Source of the DNA: a virus | Length of the DNA: 64,000 nt | Virus record (IMG/VR): IMGVR_UViG_3300009149_000023 | Coordinates: 9,097-73,096 of that record | Strand: one strand, 5' to 3' | Shown here: positions 48,818 through 59,470 of the stretch, one piece after another | Position numbering within the stretch: position 1 is the first letter of the stretch | Layout of the letters: the number at the start of each line of letters is the position of its first letter | Position numbers and translations under genes: made by a program | Notes under the pieces: generated by a model | What the model was told of the DNA's origin: nothing | The model's database searches: none | The model's input: the letters and a program-made list of their open reading frames with translations, nothing else

Positions 48818-50040
48818 TGAAAGTACCACAAGCGCCTTTTGTAGGAGCACCTGTATATGGTTTACCTCCTATGTCTTGGGAGATTCTAGATACCAAGTGG
48901 GAGAAAGTAGTACTGAATGGATTTTTCATAGTTAAAATAACCCCTGTAAAGATAGACATCAAGTGGGACGACGATAAAGCTTCTGGTGTTTTAACGCCAC
49001 GTGCTGTAACTACTAAACCACATGATGAAATTCTAGGCAAAATATCAAGCGACTTAGGTGTATCTGGTTCTTCTTTTTATTTCGCAACACAAGCTAGAAG
49101 TTTAATGGAAACTATGGAAAATAACTTTGGAGAAAGTTTTTACCAACAAGCAGCAGATGCAGGTTCTACTATGGGAACATATTTTAGCCAGTTTAGGCAA
49201 CTTCATGGAGGCACAGGAACAAAAGAGCAATTTAGCAAATTTGTAGGACAAATTGCAGACTCCGCTGGATCGAGTCTCCTCAAAAACATAGCATCAGGTC
49301 TTGTAACTGCAGCAGATAAGGCTATTAGTGGGATCGGAAAAGCAGGGGTTGGAGATATAGCAAATGTGCTGACAGGCGGGCGTGTTGATTTGCCTAGAGT
49401 ATGGACAGGGTCAAGTTGGAGTTTCGATAGCACGCTTAACTTTAAGTTTATAGCTCCCTCAGCTAACCAACAAGATGTAATTGATCATGTTGTAACGCCC
49501 ATCCATATCTTAAAGTATTTAGCAGCTGCTATTTCAAGAGATGGTGGTTTGATTTACAATGAGCCTCCTTTCCTAGAAGTAGAAATCCCTTTCCTTTATT
49601 ATAACCCAACATGCGGTTTTCGTTCTTTAAATATAGAGCATGGCGGTGATAATGGTACCTTTAGTTTTGATCAATTGCCTTTAATAACAAATGCATCAGT
49701 GCAATTTGAATCATTGAGACTTGTGCAACCTACTTTAATAGATAAAGACCCACGTGGTTCTTACGATATATCTACTAAAAAGTCATTTGCTTATAGTTCA
49801 GGGAAAGGCACAGCTGGCGGTAATGGTACATTACGTCCAGGAAGAAAAGCAGAAAACTTAAATGATGTTTTCCAGGACCCTAGTACTAGCTCATCCGCAG
49901 GAAAGCGCTCTGCTCCTGAAGGCGCTGACACTGAACCTCAAAATATTGCTAACTTTGCAGCACCTAATATAAGTAAACCAAGTGCTAATCAAACTATTGC
50001 TGCGCAGAGAGACGTTGCTGACAAATTGAAAGGTTTCTAA
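48817..50040 (+). CDS. Baseplate / tail-tube initiator-like protein (gp48-like, tentative)
   Basis: LP.VW.GS....S..FKF.AP and PPFLEVEIP...SLNIEHG pattern; adjacent to the tape measure. Confidence 0.45.
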   Translation: MKVPQAPFVGAPVYGLPPMSWEILDTKWEKVVLNGFFIVKITPVKIDIKWDDDKASGVLTPRAVTTKPHDEILGKISSDLGVSGSSFYFATQARSLMETMENNFGESFYQQAADAGSTMGTYFSQFRQLHGGTGTKEQFSKFVGQIADSAGSSLLKNIASGLVTAADKAISGIGKAGVGDIANVLTGGRVDLPRVWTGSSWSFDSTLNFKFIAPSANQQDVIDHVVTPIHILKYLAAAISRDGGLIYNEPPFLEVEIPFLYYNPTCGFRSLNIEHGGDNGTFSFDQLPLITNASVQFESLRLVQPTLIDKDPRGSYDISTKKSFAYSSGKGTAGGNGTLRPGRKAENLNDVFQDPSTSSSAGKRSAPEGADTEPQNIANFAAPNISKPSANQTIAAQRDVADKLKGF

Positions 50041-50051
50041 GGAGATAAAGT

Positions 50052-53000
50052 ATGAATGATAAAGATCTAATTATTCTACAAGGTTTGCTTGAAGAACTAA
50101 GAACGCAGACCCGTACGGAAATTGCTCAAAAAGTAGAAACTCTTCTTGTTGAAGCTAACAAAGATTCCTTTACCAAAAAAGACGTAAATGAATTAAAGAA
50201 AGTACTTAAAGATATTGAGAAGTCTGCTGATATAGGTAATGCTGACTTAGCTGAAACAGTTACCGACGTAAAGCGGGTCCTTGAGAAAAGTTCCCCTAAA
50301 CTTGATACATTAAATAAAACAGTTAGAGGCACAACAGGCGCAATTGATAAGTCTTCTAGAAGTATATCAGGCGCAGTAAAAGAATCAGCTCGAGAGTCTG
50401 CAGGATTAATATCAACTCCTATTAGACTACTAGACAAGACAATGAAGATGTCTGCTAATGCAGTTAGTTCTTTAGCTTTAGCTTCTACCTCTACTGTCAG
50501 AGGAGCTAATGCAAGATTAGGTGTAAGAATAGGATCCGACTTAACTAGACTTAGAGAAAGCCTTTTAGAAAGAGATGACTTCCATAGAGATAGCGAAGAG
50601 ACTTTAGTTGAAAGCATAGCTTTTGCTATTCCTTATAGACTTAAACAGTTAGCTGAGATAAGTGGAAACTTTGCTTCGTCCTTTGCTGGAAAGATGACGG
50701 ATGCCTTTTCAACAGGCACTGGGATACAGTTTGGTACTTTAATTGATGAAGTAAAGAAGATAAACCCTGTATTGACGGGATTAGGTAAACTTGTAGGCGC
50801 AGTGTTTTCTCCTATAGGATCACTATTTAAGTTACTACACGGTGTACTGTCTTCCACCTTTAAGAAAACATTCAGTTACTTAATTTCTGGTATTGGAGGT
50901 TTATTTTCTCCTATTACTAATAGATTCACTAAAGAGGGAAGAGAAAAGCTAGACGAGTACGCATTTCAGCATAAGCAGATGCGCACACTAGAAAAGATTG
51001 AAGCTAATACTAAAGAAGCAGCTAAAGGAAAAGGCGGCAGTATACTAAGTGCGCCTTTTAGAATGATTAGGTGGTTAGCTAAACTTCCTTTAAATATGAT
51101 TACAGGCGGGCTAGCTACTTTAGCTAATCCTGCTGCTTTAATAAGCTTACTTGCTAAGTCTTTAGGTTTCCTAGCTGTAGGCGGTTTAGGCGCAGCTGTA
51201 CTATTACCTCCACAACAAAGACGACAAGTTGCAGCAGCTATGTTTAAATATCTGCCTAGTGCTATTAAACCAGGCTTCCTTAAAGCTTTCGGTGCAGCAG
51301 GCGCAGGTTTATTTGGAGATCAAGATGTAAATGATTGGGAGAAGGACGCTGCAGAAGATGCTAAGACTAGTGATAGACAAAAAATTACTGATGCATATTA
51401 TGAAAAAATGCTTGATGGAATTGGTAATGTTAAATCAGGTGTAGGCTCACTAAAAGATAAGATGGCAAAGCCTTTAGGTACCATCGCAGACTATAGTAAA
51501 CGAGGCGCTAAGAATACACAAGACATGGCACTGGACCTTTCTACCTCTTTTAAGAAAGGTGGTGTGTTCGGTGTATTAGGCTTCCTTGCTAAACAATGGC
51601 TTAAATTTGAATTCTTTAAGATAGGTTTAGCTTTAAAAGGATTAGTATGGTTAATGAATCCTTTTAGATGGGTTAAGGTGTTTACTAAAACACTAGCTGG
51701 AGCGCTAACAAGTGTTACTAGAGGCATTGGTGGTATGCTAGGCAATGCTTTTAAGAAAACTACGGATCTTGTACTGTGGCCCTTCAAGAAAGCACTCGCT
51801 ATACCTAAAGCGCTAGGTAAAGGTATCTTAGGTATGTTCGGAGTTAAGTTTGACAAAGATATGGAAAAGAAGAAACAATCTTTGTTTGGCAAGTTATTCT
51901 CTTTCGGTAAGAAAGAAGAAGAAAAGAAGAAAGGCTTCTGGGGAAGTCTATTTCCTGATAAGAAAAAAGAGAAAGAAAATATCATAGGAACTATCACTAC
52001 TAAAGGGAAAGAGTTTTGGAATAAGTTCTTCCCTGGTAAAAAAGAAGTTGAGAAACAGAAACAAGGCTTGTTCGGTACTTTACTTGGCAAAGGTAAAAAA
52101 TTATGGGATGATTTCTTTCCTGATAAGAAAGAAGCTGCAAAGAAGAAAGATGATCTATTCGGTACTATATTTAGTAAAGGAAAGGATTTATTCAAAGGCC
52201 TCTTTGCTGACAAGAAGGGTGCTGCTGAAAAAGTTGTAAAGCAGCAAACTGCTGCGGGGAAAACATCTGCAGCTACTGGTACAATAGAGCCTCCTAAAAA
52301 GAACACTAGCAAAGTGATGAGTTACAAAGAGTGGCAGGCTTTATCGAAAAAAGAACAAGATCTATCTAACGATTTTAGTGGCCAAACGTCTCACCTAACT
52401 GCAGAGAAAGTTACAGGCACAATAAAGCTGCCTGAAAAGAAAACACTTAAGCAGAAGGCGCAAGAAAAGCTTAACTCAGTAAAACAATCATGGGAAAACT
52501 TTTATAAAAGTAATGAAGAAGCGGTTGAACAAACAACAGCTACCGTAGATGATTTAAACGCAAAGCAAGAGACTAAGTCTAAGAAACTATTTAATGTTTT
52601 TAAGACAAATCTTGCTAAGCTATCTGGTGGCATGTTTGACTTTTGGAATTTTGCACAAGACGGGCAAGGTAACATAATAGACAAAGTAATACTAAGTTCT
52701 GATAAACATCTTGAACAAGCAAATAAAGCAAATAAACAAGCTGAAGAACTTTTAAGCACAATAGATGTTGACCTTTCTCAATTTCAAGTATCTCAAGAAA
52801 AGTTAACAACACAGGCTGAAGAGCAGACTGGAACTATAACGGATAGCATCTGGAAGTTTGCTAGAAAAGGATTAGAGCAAGCTGATGGTTTAAGAAAGAA
52901 GTTGCTTGGACAAGAAACCAGAATACTAGAAATTGATGGTGAGCAAGTTGCAGCGGCTTCTGAAGAAAGAAAGAAATCCCTTGAAGAAATTGTCATGGGT

Positions 53001-54800
53001 TCGGAAAAGAATTTAGGAAGTAAAATAGACTTAATAGCTGCCGGCAAAGGTTTCTTAACAGGAACAGCTGTTACGGGTAGCCCTGTACTTGGTTTAATAA
53101 ATGCAATTAGATCGAGTCAAAAATCTTCAGCAGGAGACATAACAACTTCCGTAGGAGCATTAGAGCAACGTATGATGACTGCTAATGATTTACTACAGGG
53201 TATATTAGGAGCTATTAGAGAGTCAGGTAGTGTAAGTGTTGCTGATAAAGCAGTAGCAGACTTCGCTAATGCAACTTCTTGGAACTTAATAGAAAAGCTT
53301 GATGAGGCTGTAGTTCCTGAAGTTAAGGAAGTTGCAGAAAAGAAAGAACCTTCTAAGATAGAAGCATTAGGTGCACTGTCTCCTGCCGAAGAAAAGAAAG
53401 AGGCAACTACATTTGCTGCTACCGTAAGTGCAAGTGAAAGTCTTAAAGCAATTAGAAGTGCTTTGTTAGGAGAAGGAGAAGCAGGCAAAGGTATAGTTGG
53501 CATGTTAGGAGGGTTATTCCATCGCAAGGATAAAGAGGAATCTTCCGGTCTTCTTGGAGGCTTATTAGCAGGCGTAACAAACGCTGTTTCTGGATTAACC
53601 TCTACTTTTACCGGTGCTGTTGCCGGAGGTCTTTCCGGGCTACTTGCAGGGCTTCTTCCGTGGGTTACAGGTACAGCACTTCCTGCTATAATGGGTGTCC
53701 TTACAGGAGCAGCTACAATGGCTCTTATTACAGCTGCAGTGGTCCTGGCTCTAAAAATCGGTACTGACTTAGGTACTGCTTTGCGAAAGATGCGAGAGTA
53801 TAGTAGAGTCTTGAAAGAAGAAGAATTTAATGTTGACCAAAAAAGAGGTATTTTAGAACTTGCTCAAGATATACAGTCTGGTAAAAAACAATTTGCATCT
53901 GAGAAAGAAAAAAGGGATGCAACTGCTAGTATAGTATTCTCAGCACAAGAAGCGCTTAAAACACAGAAAGAGGCTCAGGAAAAACTTGCGAGTATGCAAC
54001 AAGACTACTCAAAAATGGGTTTCTTAGAAAAAAAGAAACAGGCAGTAGCAATGGCTGGACTACAAGCTAGAGTAGACTCAATGAAAACAGAAGGTAAAAT
54101 GTCTGAGCAAGCAATTGCACTGTTAACAGCGCCTAAGGAGCATCTTGAAAAACTGGGGATTAAGTATGCAAAGAACGTACAAACACCAGAATCAATACTT
54201 GAAGCGAATAAGTCGTATACACAATTTATGCAAAACAAGAAAGACGGTAAACAGCAGACAGATAGCTATTTCTCAACGTTTACTCCCGAGAAACTTGCGA
54301 CTTATGGGAAGGCAATTGAAGCACACAAAGCTGTAGCTGATCAGTATATTGCGAGCAAACCAGACTTTACACACTTAAAAAATCCTACAGGTATTCTTAA
54401 TACAGGGGCTGACTTTAAGCCATTTAAGTCAGGAGAGGAAGAAGACAAATGGTGGAATGATGCCTACCTTGAAAGGATGAAGAAAAGAGAAGAAACTGGT
54501 ATTATTAAACAGGGGGCAGAAACTTGGGAAGCTCCTACATTTGAAGAAGAACGTATGGCAGCTGAAGAAGCAGCAAGACAAAAGAAAATGAAGGATGAAG
54601 AAAAGGGTAGAAATTCACTAGGAAAAGAACTTGCCGCAGGTGCAAAAACAACAGCTAGTACTTTAGCCGCAGCCTTTAACAGCTTTACACAGTCATCCTC
54701 TACAAGTTCAAATGTTTCTAATAATAGTAACGTTACACATAACAATCCAATTATGGCATATGACAATGACAGAGTCCGAGCACTTCATGGGAGAGGATAA
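50052..54800 (+). CDS. Tape measure-like protein
   Basis: 1582 aa, helical, with G/A/L-rich hydrophobic blocks and periodic W/F repeats, in the tail cluster. Confidence 0.65.
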   Translation: MNDKDLIILQGLLEELRTQTRTEIAQKVETLLVEANKDSFTKKDVNELKKVLKDIEKSADIGNADLAETVTDVKRVLEKSSPKLDTLNKTVRGTTGAIDKSSRSISGAVKESARESAGLISTPIRLLDKTMKMSANAVSSLALASTSTVRGANARLGVRIGSDLTRLRESLLERDDFHRDSEETLVESIAFAIPYRLKQLAEISGNFASSFAGKMTDAFSTGTGIQFGTLIDEVKKINPVLTGLGKLVGAVFSPIGSLFKLLHGVLSSTFKKTFSYLISGIGGLFSPITNRFTKEGREKLDEYAFQHKQMRTLEKIEANTKEAAKGKGGSILSAPFRMIRWLAKLPLNMITGGLATLANPAALISLLAKSLGFLAVGGLGAAVLLPPQQRRQVAAAMFKYLPSAIKPGFLKAFGAAGAGLFGDQDVNDWEKDAAEDAKTSDRQKITDAYYEKMLDGIGNVKSGVGSLKDKMAKPLGTIADYSKRGAKNTQDMALDLSTSFKKGGVFGVLGFLAKQWLKFEFFKIGLALKGLVWLMNPFRWVKVFTKTLAGALTSVTRGIGGMLGNAFKKTTDLVLWPFKKALAIPKALGKGILGMFGVKFDKDMEKKKQSLFGKLFSFGKKEEEKKKGFWGSLFPDKKKEKENIIGTITTKGKEFWNKFFPGKKEVEKQKQGLFGTLLGKGKKLWDDFFPDKKEAAKKKDDLFGTIFSKGKDLFKGLFADKKGAAEKVVKQQTAAGKTSAATGTIEPPKKNTSKVMSYKEWQALSKKEQDLSNDFSGQTSHLTAEKVTGTIKLPEKKTLKQKAQEKLNSVKQSWENFYKSNEEAVEQTTATVDDLNAKQETKSKKLFNVFKTNLAKLSGGMFDFWNFAQDGQGNIIDKVILSSDKHLEQANKANKQAEELLSTIDVDLSQFQVSQEKLTTQAEEQTGTITDSIWKFARKGLEQADGLRKKLLGQETRILEIDGEQVAAASEERKKSLEEIVMGSEKNLGSKIDLIAAGKGFLTGTAVTGSPVLGLINAIRSSQKSSAGDITTSVGALEQRMMTANDLLQGILGAIRESGSVSVADKAVADFANATSWNLIEKLDEAVVPEVKEVAEKKEPSKIEALGALSPAEEKKEATTFAATVSASESLKAIRSALLGEGEAGKGIVGMLGGLFHRKDKEESSGLLGGLLAGVTNAVSGLTSTFTGAVAGGLSGLLAGLLPWVTGTALPAIMGVLTGAATMALITAAVVLALKIGTDLGTALRKMREYSRVLKEEEFNVDQKRGILELAQDIQSGKKQFASEKEKRDATASIVFSAQEALKTQKEAQEKLASMQQDYSKMGFLEKKKQAVAMAGLQARVDSMKTEGKMSEQAIALLTAPKEHLEKLGIKYAKNVQTPESILEANKSYTQFMQNKKDGKQQTDSYFSTFTPEKLATYGKAIEAHKAVADQYIASKPDFTHLKNPTGILNTGADFKPFKSGEEEDKWWNDAYLERMKKREETGIIKQGAETWEAPTFEEERMAAEEAARQKKMKDEEKGRNSLGKELAAGAKTTASTLAAAFNSFTQSSSTSSNVSNNSNVTHNNPIMAYDNDRVRALHGRG

Positions 54801-56005
54801 TGAGCACTGGATCTTTAGTTAGGCACTATTATCAATACTTAGAAGAATACATTACTATGACGCATAGTACGTATAGTAAAAGCGGCAATGCGGTTTATTG
54901 TGATTACTATTCGTTAGATAAGGATGCTAGTGTATGGGATGAAAACTATGTTGCTAGTTACCAAGACATTGGTGACCTCAGTGGTTTAAGATGGAATAAA
55001 GTTTCGTTGTTTCCTGTATTCTTTGGAGAAGGTGCACCTGCTTCTTTAACTGGTAATGAGAAAGGTACTACAAGAGAAGAAAGTATTCGTCCTACAGTAA
55101 TGGTTCCTAGAACAGCTGACTTAGAACCTAAGCTTCAAGACTACATAGTCTTTACAAACCTTCAAGGTGAAACATTAGTTTATCAAGTTGTTAACCTTGA
55201 TTACAGTATGCCTAACAATCGTGCGCATTTTAAGCTTCAGTTATTTCCTTCGCATCACGAAATAGCAGACATTGAAGCTAAGGTAAGTAGCAGGTATGTG
55301 TATAATGATGTTTTAGACATTATTAATACGCAAGACATCGGTATTCCTTTATTCAATATAACAAACGTTATGTTCGCAGTTGATCATTATATTAGAACAA
55401 CTTATTTCTTCAGAAGGTTAGATTGTGTGTTAGAAAACAATTTATGCATAGTTGATTTAAACTACTATCTAAATTGGCTATCAGACAACTTCCCTACAAG
55501 CAAGATTGAATTATACAACTTGGCGCAGGAAGAATTTAAAGTAGCTCCTGCATTTGCAGATTCTGCTTTTGGTTTATTGTTTGATTCTTCCTATGTTGCT
55601 GCATCTTATTCATTGCTTGGTGCAAACCTTGAAGAGACTAATATGTCCAATACATTATTTCATAGATGGAAACCTTTAGTAGGTATCGCTATAAAAGGTG
55701 GATCAGCTGGAGGTATTGGAACAGCTGACTTATTCGCAACTATGTATATGGGAACAGCTTATGTTGATGTTGTTCTCGCTCTTAACAATCTCTTAACTTA
55801 TCGTCAGGGCGGTGTTTATACTCCTTCAACTAGCACAGTAGCTTTACCAGCTATGATTAACCAACTAGTTACTTTAGAGGAAGCAGGTACACTTCCTTCA
55901 AACTATCAAAAGCAATCCACAAATCTCGTTGAAGCAGTTTTTGAAATTGCTTTCTTTAAACAAGCTTGTGAATTTGCTATTACCAACAAAATTACCGGTC
56001 TATAA
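54800..56005 (+). CDS. Virion structural protein (head-closure/neck candidate)
   Basis: YYSLD...S.WD....Y..IG.LSGLRW.K...FPV and P...DYI.F patterns; TAATG coupling. Confidence 0.4.
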   Translation: MSTGSLVRHYYQYLEEYITMTHSTYSKSGNAVYCDYYSLDKDASVWDENYVASYQDIGDLSGLRWNKVSLFPVFFGEGAPASLTGNEKGTTREESIRPTVMVPRTADLEPKLQDYIVFTNLQGETLVYQVVNLDYSMPNNRAHFKLQLFPSHHEIADIEAKVSSRYVYNDVLDIINTQDIGIPLFNITNVMFAVDHYIRTTYFFRRLDCVLENNLCIVDLNYYLNWLSDNFPTSKIELYNLAQEEFKVAPAFADSAFGLLFDSSYVAASYSLLGANLEETNMSNTLFHRWKPLVGIAIKGGSAGGIGTADLFATMYMGTAYVDVVLALNNLLTYRQGGVYTPSTSTVALPAMINQLVTLEEAGTLPSNYQKQSTNLVEAVFEIAFFKQACEFAITNKITGL

Positions 56006-56017
56006 CCAATCCTTCTT

Positions 56018-56034
56018 AAAACACAAAAATTAGA
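56018..56034 (+). promoter_or_regulatory. Putative phage-specific promoter AAAACACAAAAATTAGA
   Basis: One mismatch to the 43915 copy; intergenic. Confidence 0.55.
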
Positions 56035-56069
56035 TATATATCTACTATACTGCTAACAGGAGAGTATCT

Positions 56070-58340
56070 TTGAAAGTTACTGCTTTATTTCAAAATATCA
56101 TTAACTATTACAGAACTGGTGATACCTCCTACCTTAATACGGTTGGAACCACTGGAACTAACTCACTACTTAGTATTGCTAATAACTCCTATACGGATTT
56201 AAAAGTATTTTTAGAGAAGTCAGTAATCCTTCCTAATACCTATAATGATGACACAGCTAAGTTGTTTTTAACTATACTAGAAGTATTTGCTGCGTTGAGA
56301 ACAATCTCAACTGTAAGAAAATCTATTACTAATCCTTTTGTTATACCTGATGATGCTGTAGCTGAATATCTAAAGTCTTACGGATTTGATATTTGGCATT
56401 TGTTTGATGAAGGAACCAGAAGGTTTATTTTAGCAGATTTGTTTAACCTGTATAAAGAAACTGGAACAGTTCAAGGCATTGTTGACGTAATGAAACTTTT
56501 AGGCTTTCCGTCTATTCGTGTTTTAGAACATTGGGTAGAATACGAAGACCCTGACTATGTTATAACTTCGGAAGTAGTATACGGAGTAAACACCGCTGCT
56601 GCTTCTGCACTAAAGTTCTTTGTAGATGATGCTATAATCCAAGGAGACCCTCTTTGGTATTTAACATCAGCCAATATTGGAGTATTAGAAGCAGCGGAAG
56701 ATTGGAAGACTCCTTCCAAAACATCTTACTTTTCTGTATTAGCAGATTTTGACGTATTTGGAACATATACAAAGATGAGTGGTTTCCTTGCTTCCATGAT
56801 AGCTTCTGAGTTAGCTGAATTAGAGGAGTCAGGAACTATTACAACTCGCAAGGTATATAGTAATGCCTTTGAAGAAAACCTTAGTTTCCTTGAATTAATT
56901 TTAGCTTATACATTTTGTGTGGAAGCTGCTGTTCCTAATGGCTATGGTTGGGATCCTACTAAAATTCCTAATGAAGTAGCAACGGGCTCACATCCTGCGC
57001 ATGAATTTGATGATGGCTCTATTGAGCATGATGACGGAACTGCTATATATGATGAAGTGATTGTTGATACAACTGAAGTAAGAAAGATGGACTACACTCC
57101 AGAGATAACTGATCCTGATTCTGCTTTTGACATTATAGTGACAGACTACAATAATATAGTACAAGACATCGAAGCTTCTGACTATAGAGAAAGAGAACAG
57201 CGACTAGCTGATTTTATTACTAAGTTTACTTCTCCTGGAAACTATAGAATTGTTGATAATATAACAGATAAAGCTTCTGAGAAGTTAAGAGAAATTAACG
57301 AACCTTTTTATATGTTTGTTGCTGATAAGATTTCAGCTAATGAAGCAATTTCTGCAGCTGAGAACATTTTAACAGATATTCAATCATACTTCATTGCCGC
57401 TACCGGCTTATACTTCCAAATGAATCCTGTAATTGATGTTGAAAAAGTGCGTGAAGCTATTAATTTTATTAAGCCTTACCGTGCTAGACCTCTTGTTATC
57501 TCAACATCTAACTTAATCAAGGATCCGTGGGATACTTTTTATATTCATGAAAAACTAATAACAACAGGAAGCATGAAAATCAAATGCCCTGTGCTTCAGT
57601 ATGATACAGGTGTTAAATATGATTGGCTTGTTCACGATTTAGAAAGAGGCGAAAAGCAGCCTCAGCTACATGATACAAGTATTGGTTATGACTTAGGTGC
57701 TATCTTTGACGATAGATTAAGCTTTCCTGTGCTTACAATGAATCGTGGATTGCACATGGACTCATTAAAAACATTTGATATTCCTTTTGAGAACAGTAAT
57801 TTGTGTAATGTATTTTCTATAGCAGAAGCTGTTAAGTCAACAGGCTATGTTGTTCTAAAGAAACTTTTGTATGATGAATATATAAACAATGAAGAAACAT
57901 CCGGTGGACAATATGTTGACAGCACGGTATTAGTTAAGATGGTTGACTTACAAACCTTTAGAGTAAGTCAGACTCAAGACAATGTTATACTTGCTCAAGC
58001 CGCTTACGATGCTATTCCAGACGACGAAGAACATGCTGCAGAAAAAGAAGCAGCACGCTTAGTTCTTCTTAACCTTCAAGCATTGTTAGTGTACGAGGAT
58101 AACAAATTGCTTACACTACAAGATGCATTGTCTGCACATGGTAATCCAAAAGGTAAATTGGAATATAGTGCTTATGATGGCAATGATATTTATGATAGTG
58201 GCTCAGAGTTTCGTTTTTATGATGGATTAATTCTGAAACGGCTAAAAGAAGCAGCATGTGACAACGGGTGTTTTTATGATGTGTTTGAAGCAACGTATGA
58301 TCAAGATTTTATATATGTTGAAAATGTAAGAATAATATAA
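56070..58340 (+). CDS. Baseplate wedge protein (gp7 / P2 gpI-like)
   Basis: L.SYGF...LYKETGT.QGI..VMKLLGF and INFIKPYRAR motifs; acidic (Y/F)D repeats at the C-terminus. Confidence 0.6.
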   Translation: MKVTALFQNIINYYRTGDTSYLNTVGTTGTNSLLSIANNSYTDLKVFLEKSVILPNTYNDDTAKLFLTILEVFAALRTISTVRKSITNPFVIPDDAVAEYLKSYGFDIWHLFDEGTRRFILADLFNLYKETGTVQGIVDVMKLLGFPSIRVLEHWVEYEDPDYVITSEVVYGVNTAAASALKFFVDDAIIQGDPLWYLTSANIGVLEAAEDWKTPSKTSYFSVLADFDVFGTYTKMSGFLASMIASELAELEESGTITTRKVYSNAFEENLSFLELILAYTFCVEAAVPNGYGWDPTKIPNEVATGSHPAHEFDDGSIEHDDGTAIYDEVIVDTTEVRKMDYTPEITDPDSAFDIIVTDYNNIVQDIEASDYREREQRLADFITKFTSPGNYRIVDNITDKASEKLREINEPFYMFVADKISANEAISAAENILTDIQSYFIAATGLYFQMNPVIDVEKVREAINFIKPYRARPLVISTSNLIKDPWDTFYIHEKLITTGSMKIKCPVLQYDTGVKYDWLVHDLERGEKQPQLHDTSIGYDLGAIFDDRLSFPVLTMNRGLHMDSLKTFDIPFENSNLCNVFSIAEAVKSTGYVVLKKLLYDEYINNEETSGGQYVDSTVLVKMVDLQTFRVSQTQDNVILAQAAYDAIPDDEEHAAEKEAARLVLLNLQALLVYEDNKLLTLQDALSAHGNPKGKLEYSAYDGNDIYDSGSEFRFYDGLILKRLKEAACDNGCFYDVFEATYDQDFIYVENVRII

Positions 58341-58354
58341 CGGAGGACATATTA

Positions 58355-59458
58355 ATGAATATCGAACGCTTAAAAGCAATGCTTAGAGAAAAATTCGGTG
58401 ATAAAGTTGTTGATGAACAAGCCGAAATACTTAAGGTTATGCCTGATGCAAAGGATGTAAAAGATGAAGCAACTTTTAGAGATGCTATAAATAAAATATT
58501 TGCTCAAGGTAAAGATATACCAGAATCTTTTAAACGCTTTTTCTCGTCAGCAGGTCAAGATAATGCAGCAGCTAATGATGTTGAAAAAGAGGTCAATAAA
58601 GTAGCTAAGGACACCGGTATTAAACAGCTTATAGCTTCTATTATCAAAACATTTAACAAGAAGTTTGCTGCCATAAAAGATTTTCTTGTTAACCAAGCTA
58701 AACTTTCACCTAAATCAGCTATGGTAATAATTATAATAATAGCTACAGGCATAGCTCTTGCTATATATGCACTCCGTAAAAAGCAAGGAGCAAAGGCTAC
58801 AGAAGAGCAATTAACTGAAGGACTATTTGATGGGTTAGATAGTTTTAAAACTAGCATTGATAACTTCTTTAGTGATTTAGTTGGTTTTATGAAAGAACTT
58901 AAAAAAGGAATATCTACAGGAGATCTTATTGCTTTTATAGGTACTCTAGTTTTTATGATATGTATGTATGTAGCATTGATGGCTTTAAGCATTTATGAAT
59001 TTACACATGCAGAAGAGCTAGCATTTAAATTTCCTGGTGAAACAGAAAAATCAATAAAGCAGGTAGCGCTTGTAGGAGCTACTATACATACCGCCTTCTT
59101 TATGTTTATTATGGGTGCTTCCTTAAGACCACTGTACATAGAATTTAAACGATACAGAAACGTTAGGGATAATCAACGTAGAAATGATCCTGATAATGAA
59201 GACTTTTTAACAGCAAGTAAAGCATTTAAAGACTTAGGCTTTAAAGGAAAAGTATCTCCTAAGGAAGTTAAGAAGAAATTCAGAGAGCTTGTAAAAACAA
59301 AGCATCCTGCTATCGCAGAAAGGCTGTTCAAGGAAAAAGAAGGTAGAGACATAACTGAGGAAGAGAAAGAAGAAATGAATGAAGCATTCAGGCTTATAAC
59401 TCGTGCTTATAAATTTTTAAAGAGAAAAGGCTTAGCTGAAGCGCTGTCTTTAGCTTAA
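58355..59458 (+). CDS. Multi-TM membrane protein with C-terminal J-domain-like region (HPA instead of HPD)
   Basis: Three hydrophobic segments; AFKDLG...S.KEVKKKFRELVK.KHPA...AFRLITRAYKFL. Confidence 0.7.
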   Translation: MNIERLKAMLREKFGDKVVDEQAEILKVMPDAKDVKDEATFRDAINKIFAQGKDIPESFKRFFSSAGQDNAAANDVEKEVNKVAKDTGIKQLIASIIKTFNKKFAAIKDFLVNQAKLSPKSAMVIIIIIATGIALAIYALRKKQGAKATEEQLTEGLFDGLDSFKTSIDNFFSDLVGFMKELKKGISTGDLIAFIGTLVFMICMYVALMALSIYEFTHAEELAFKFPGETEKSIKQVALVGATIHTAFFMFIMGASLRPLYIEFKRYRNVRDNQRRNDPDNEDFLTASKAFKDLGFKGKVSPKEVKKKFRELVKTKHPAIAERLFKEKEGRDITEEEKEEMNEAFRLITRAYKFLKRKGLAEALSLA

Positions 59459-59470
59459 TAAGAGGATTAG

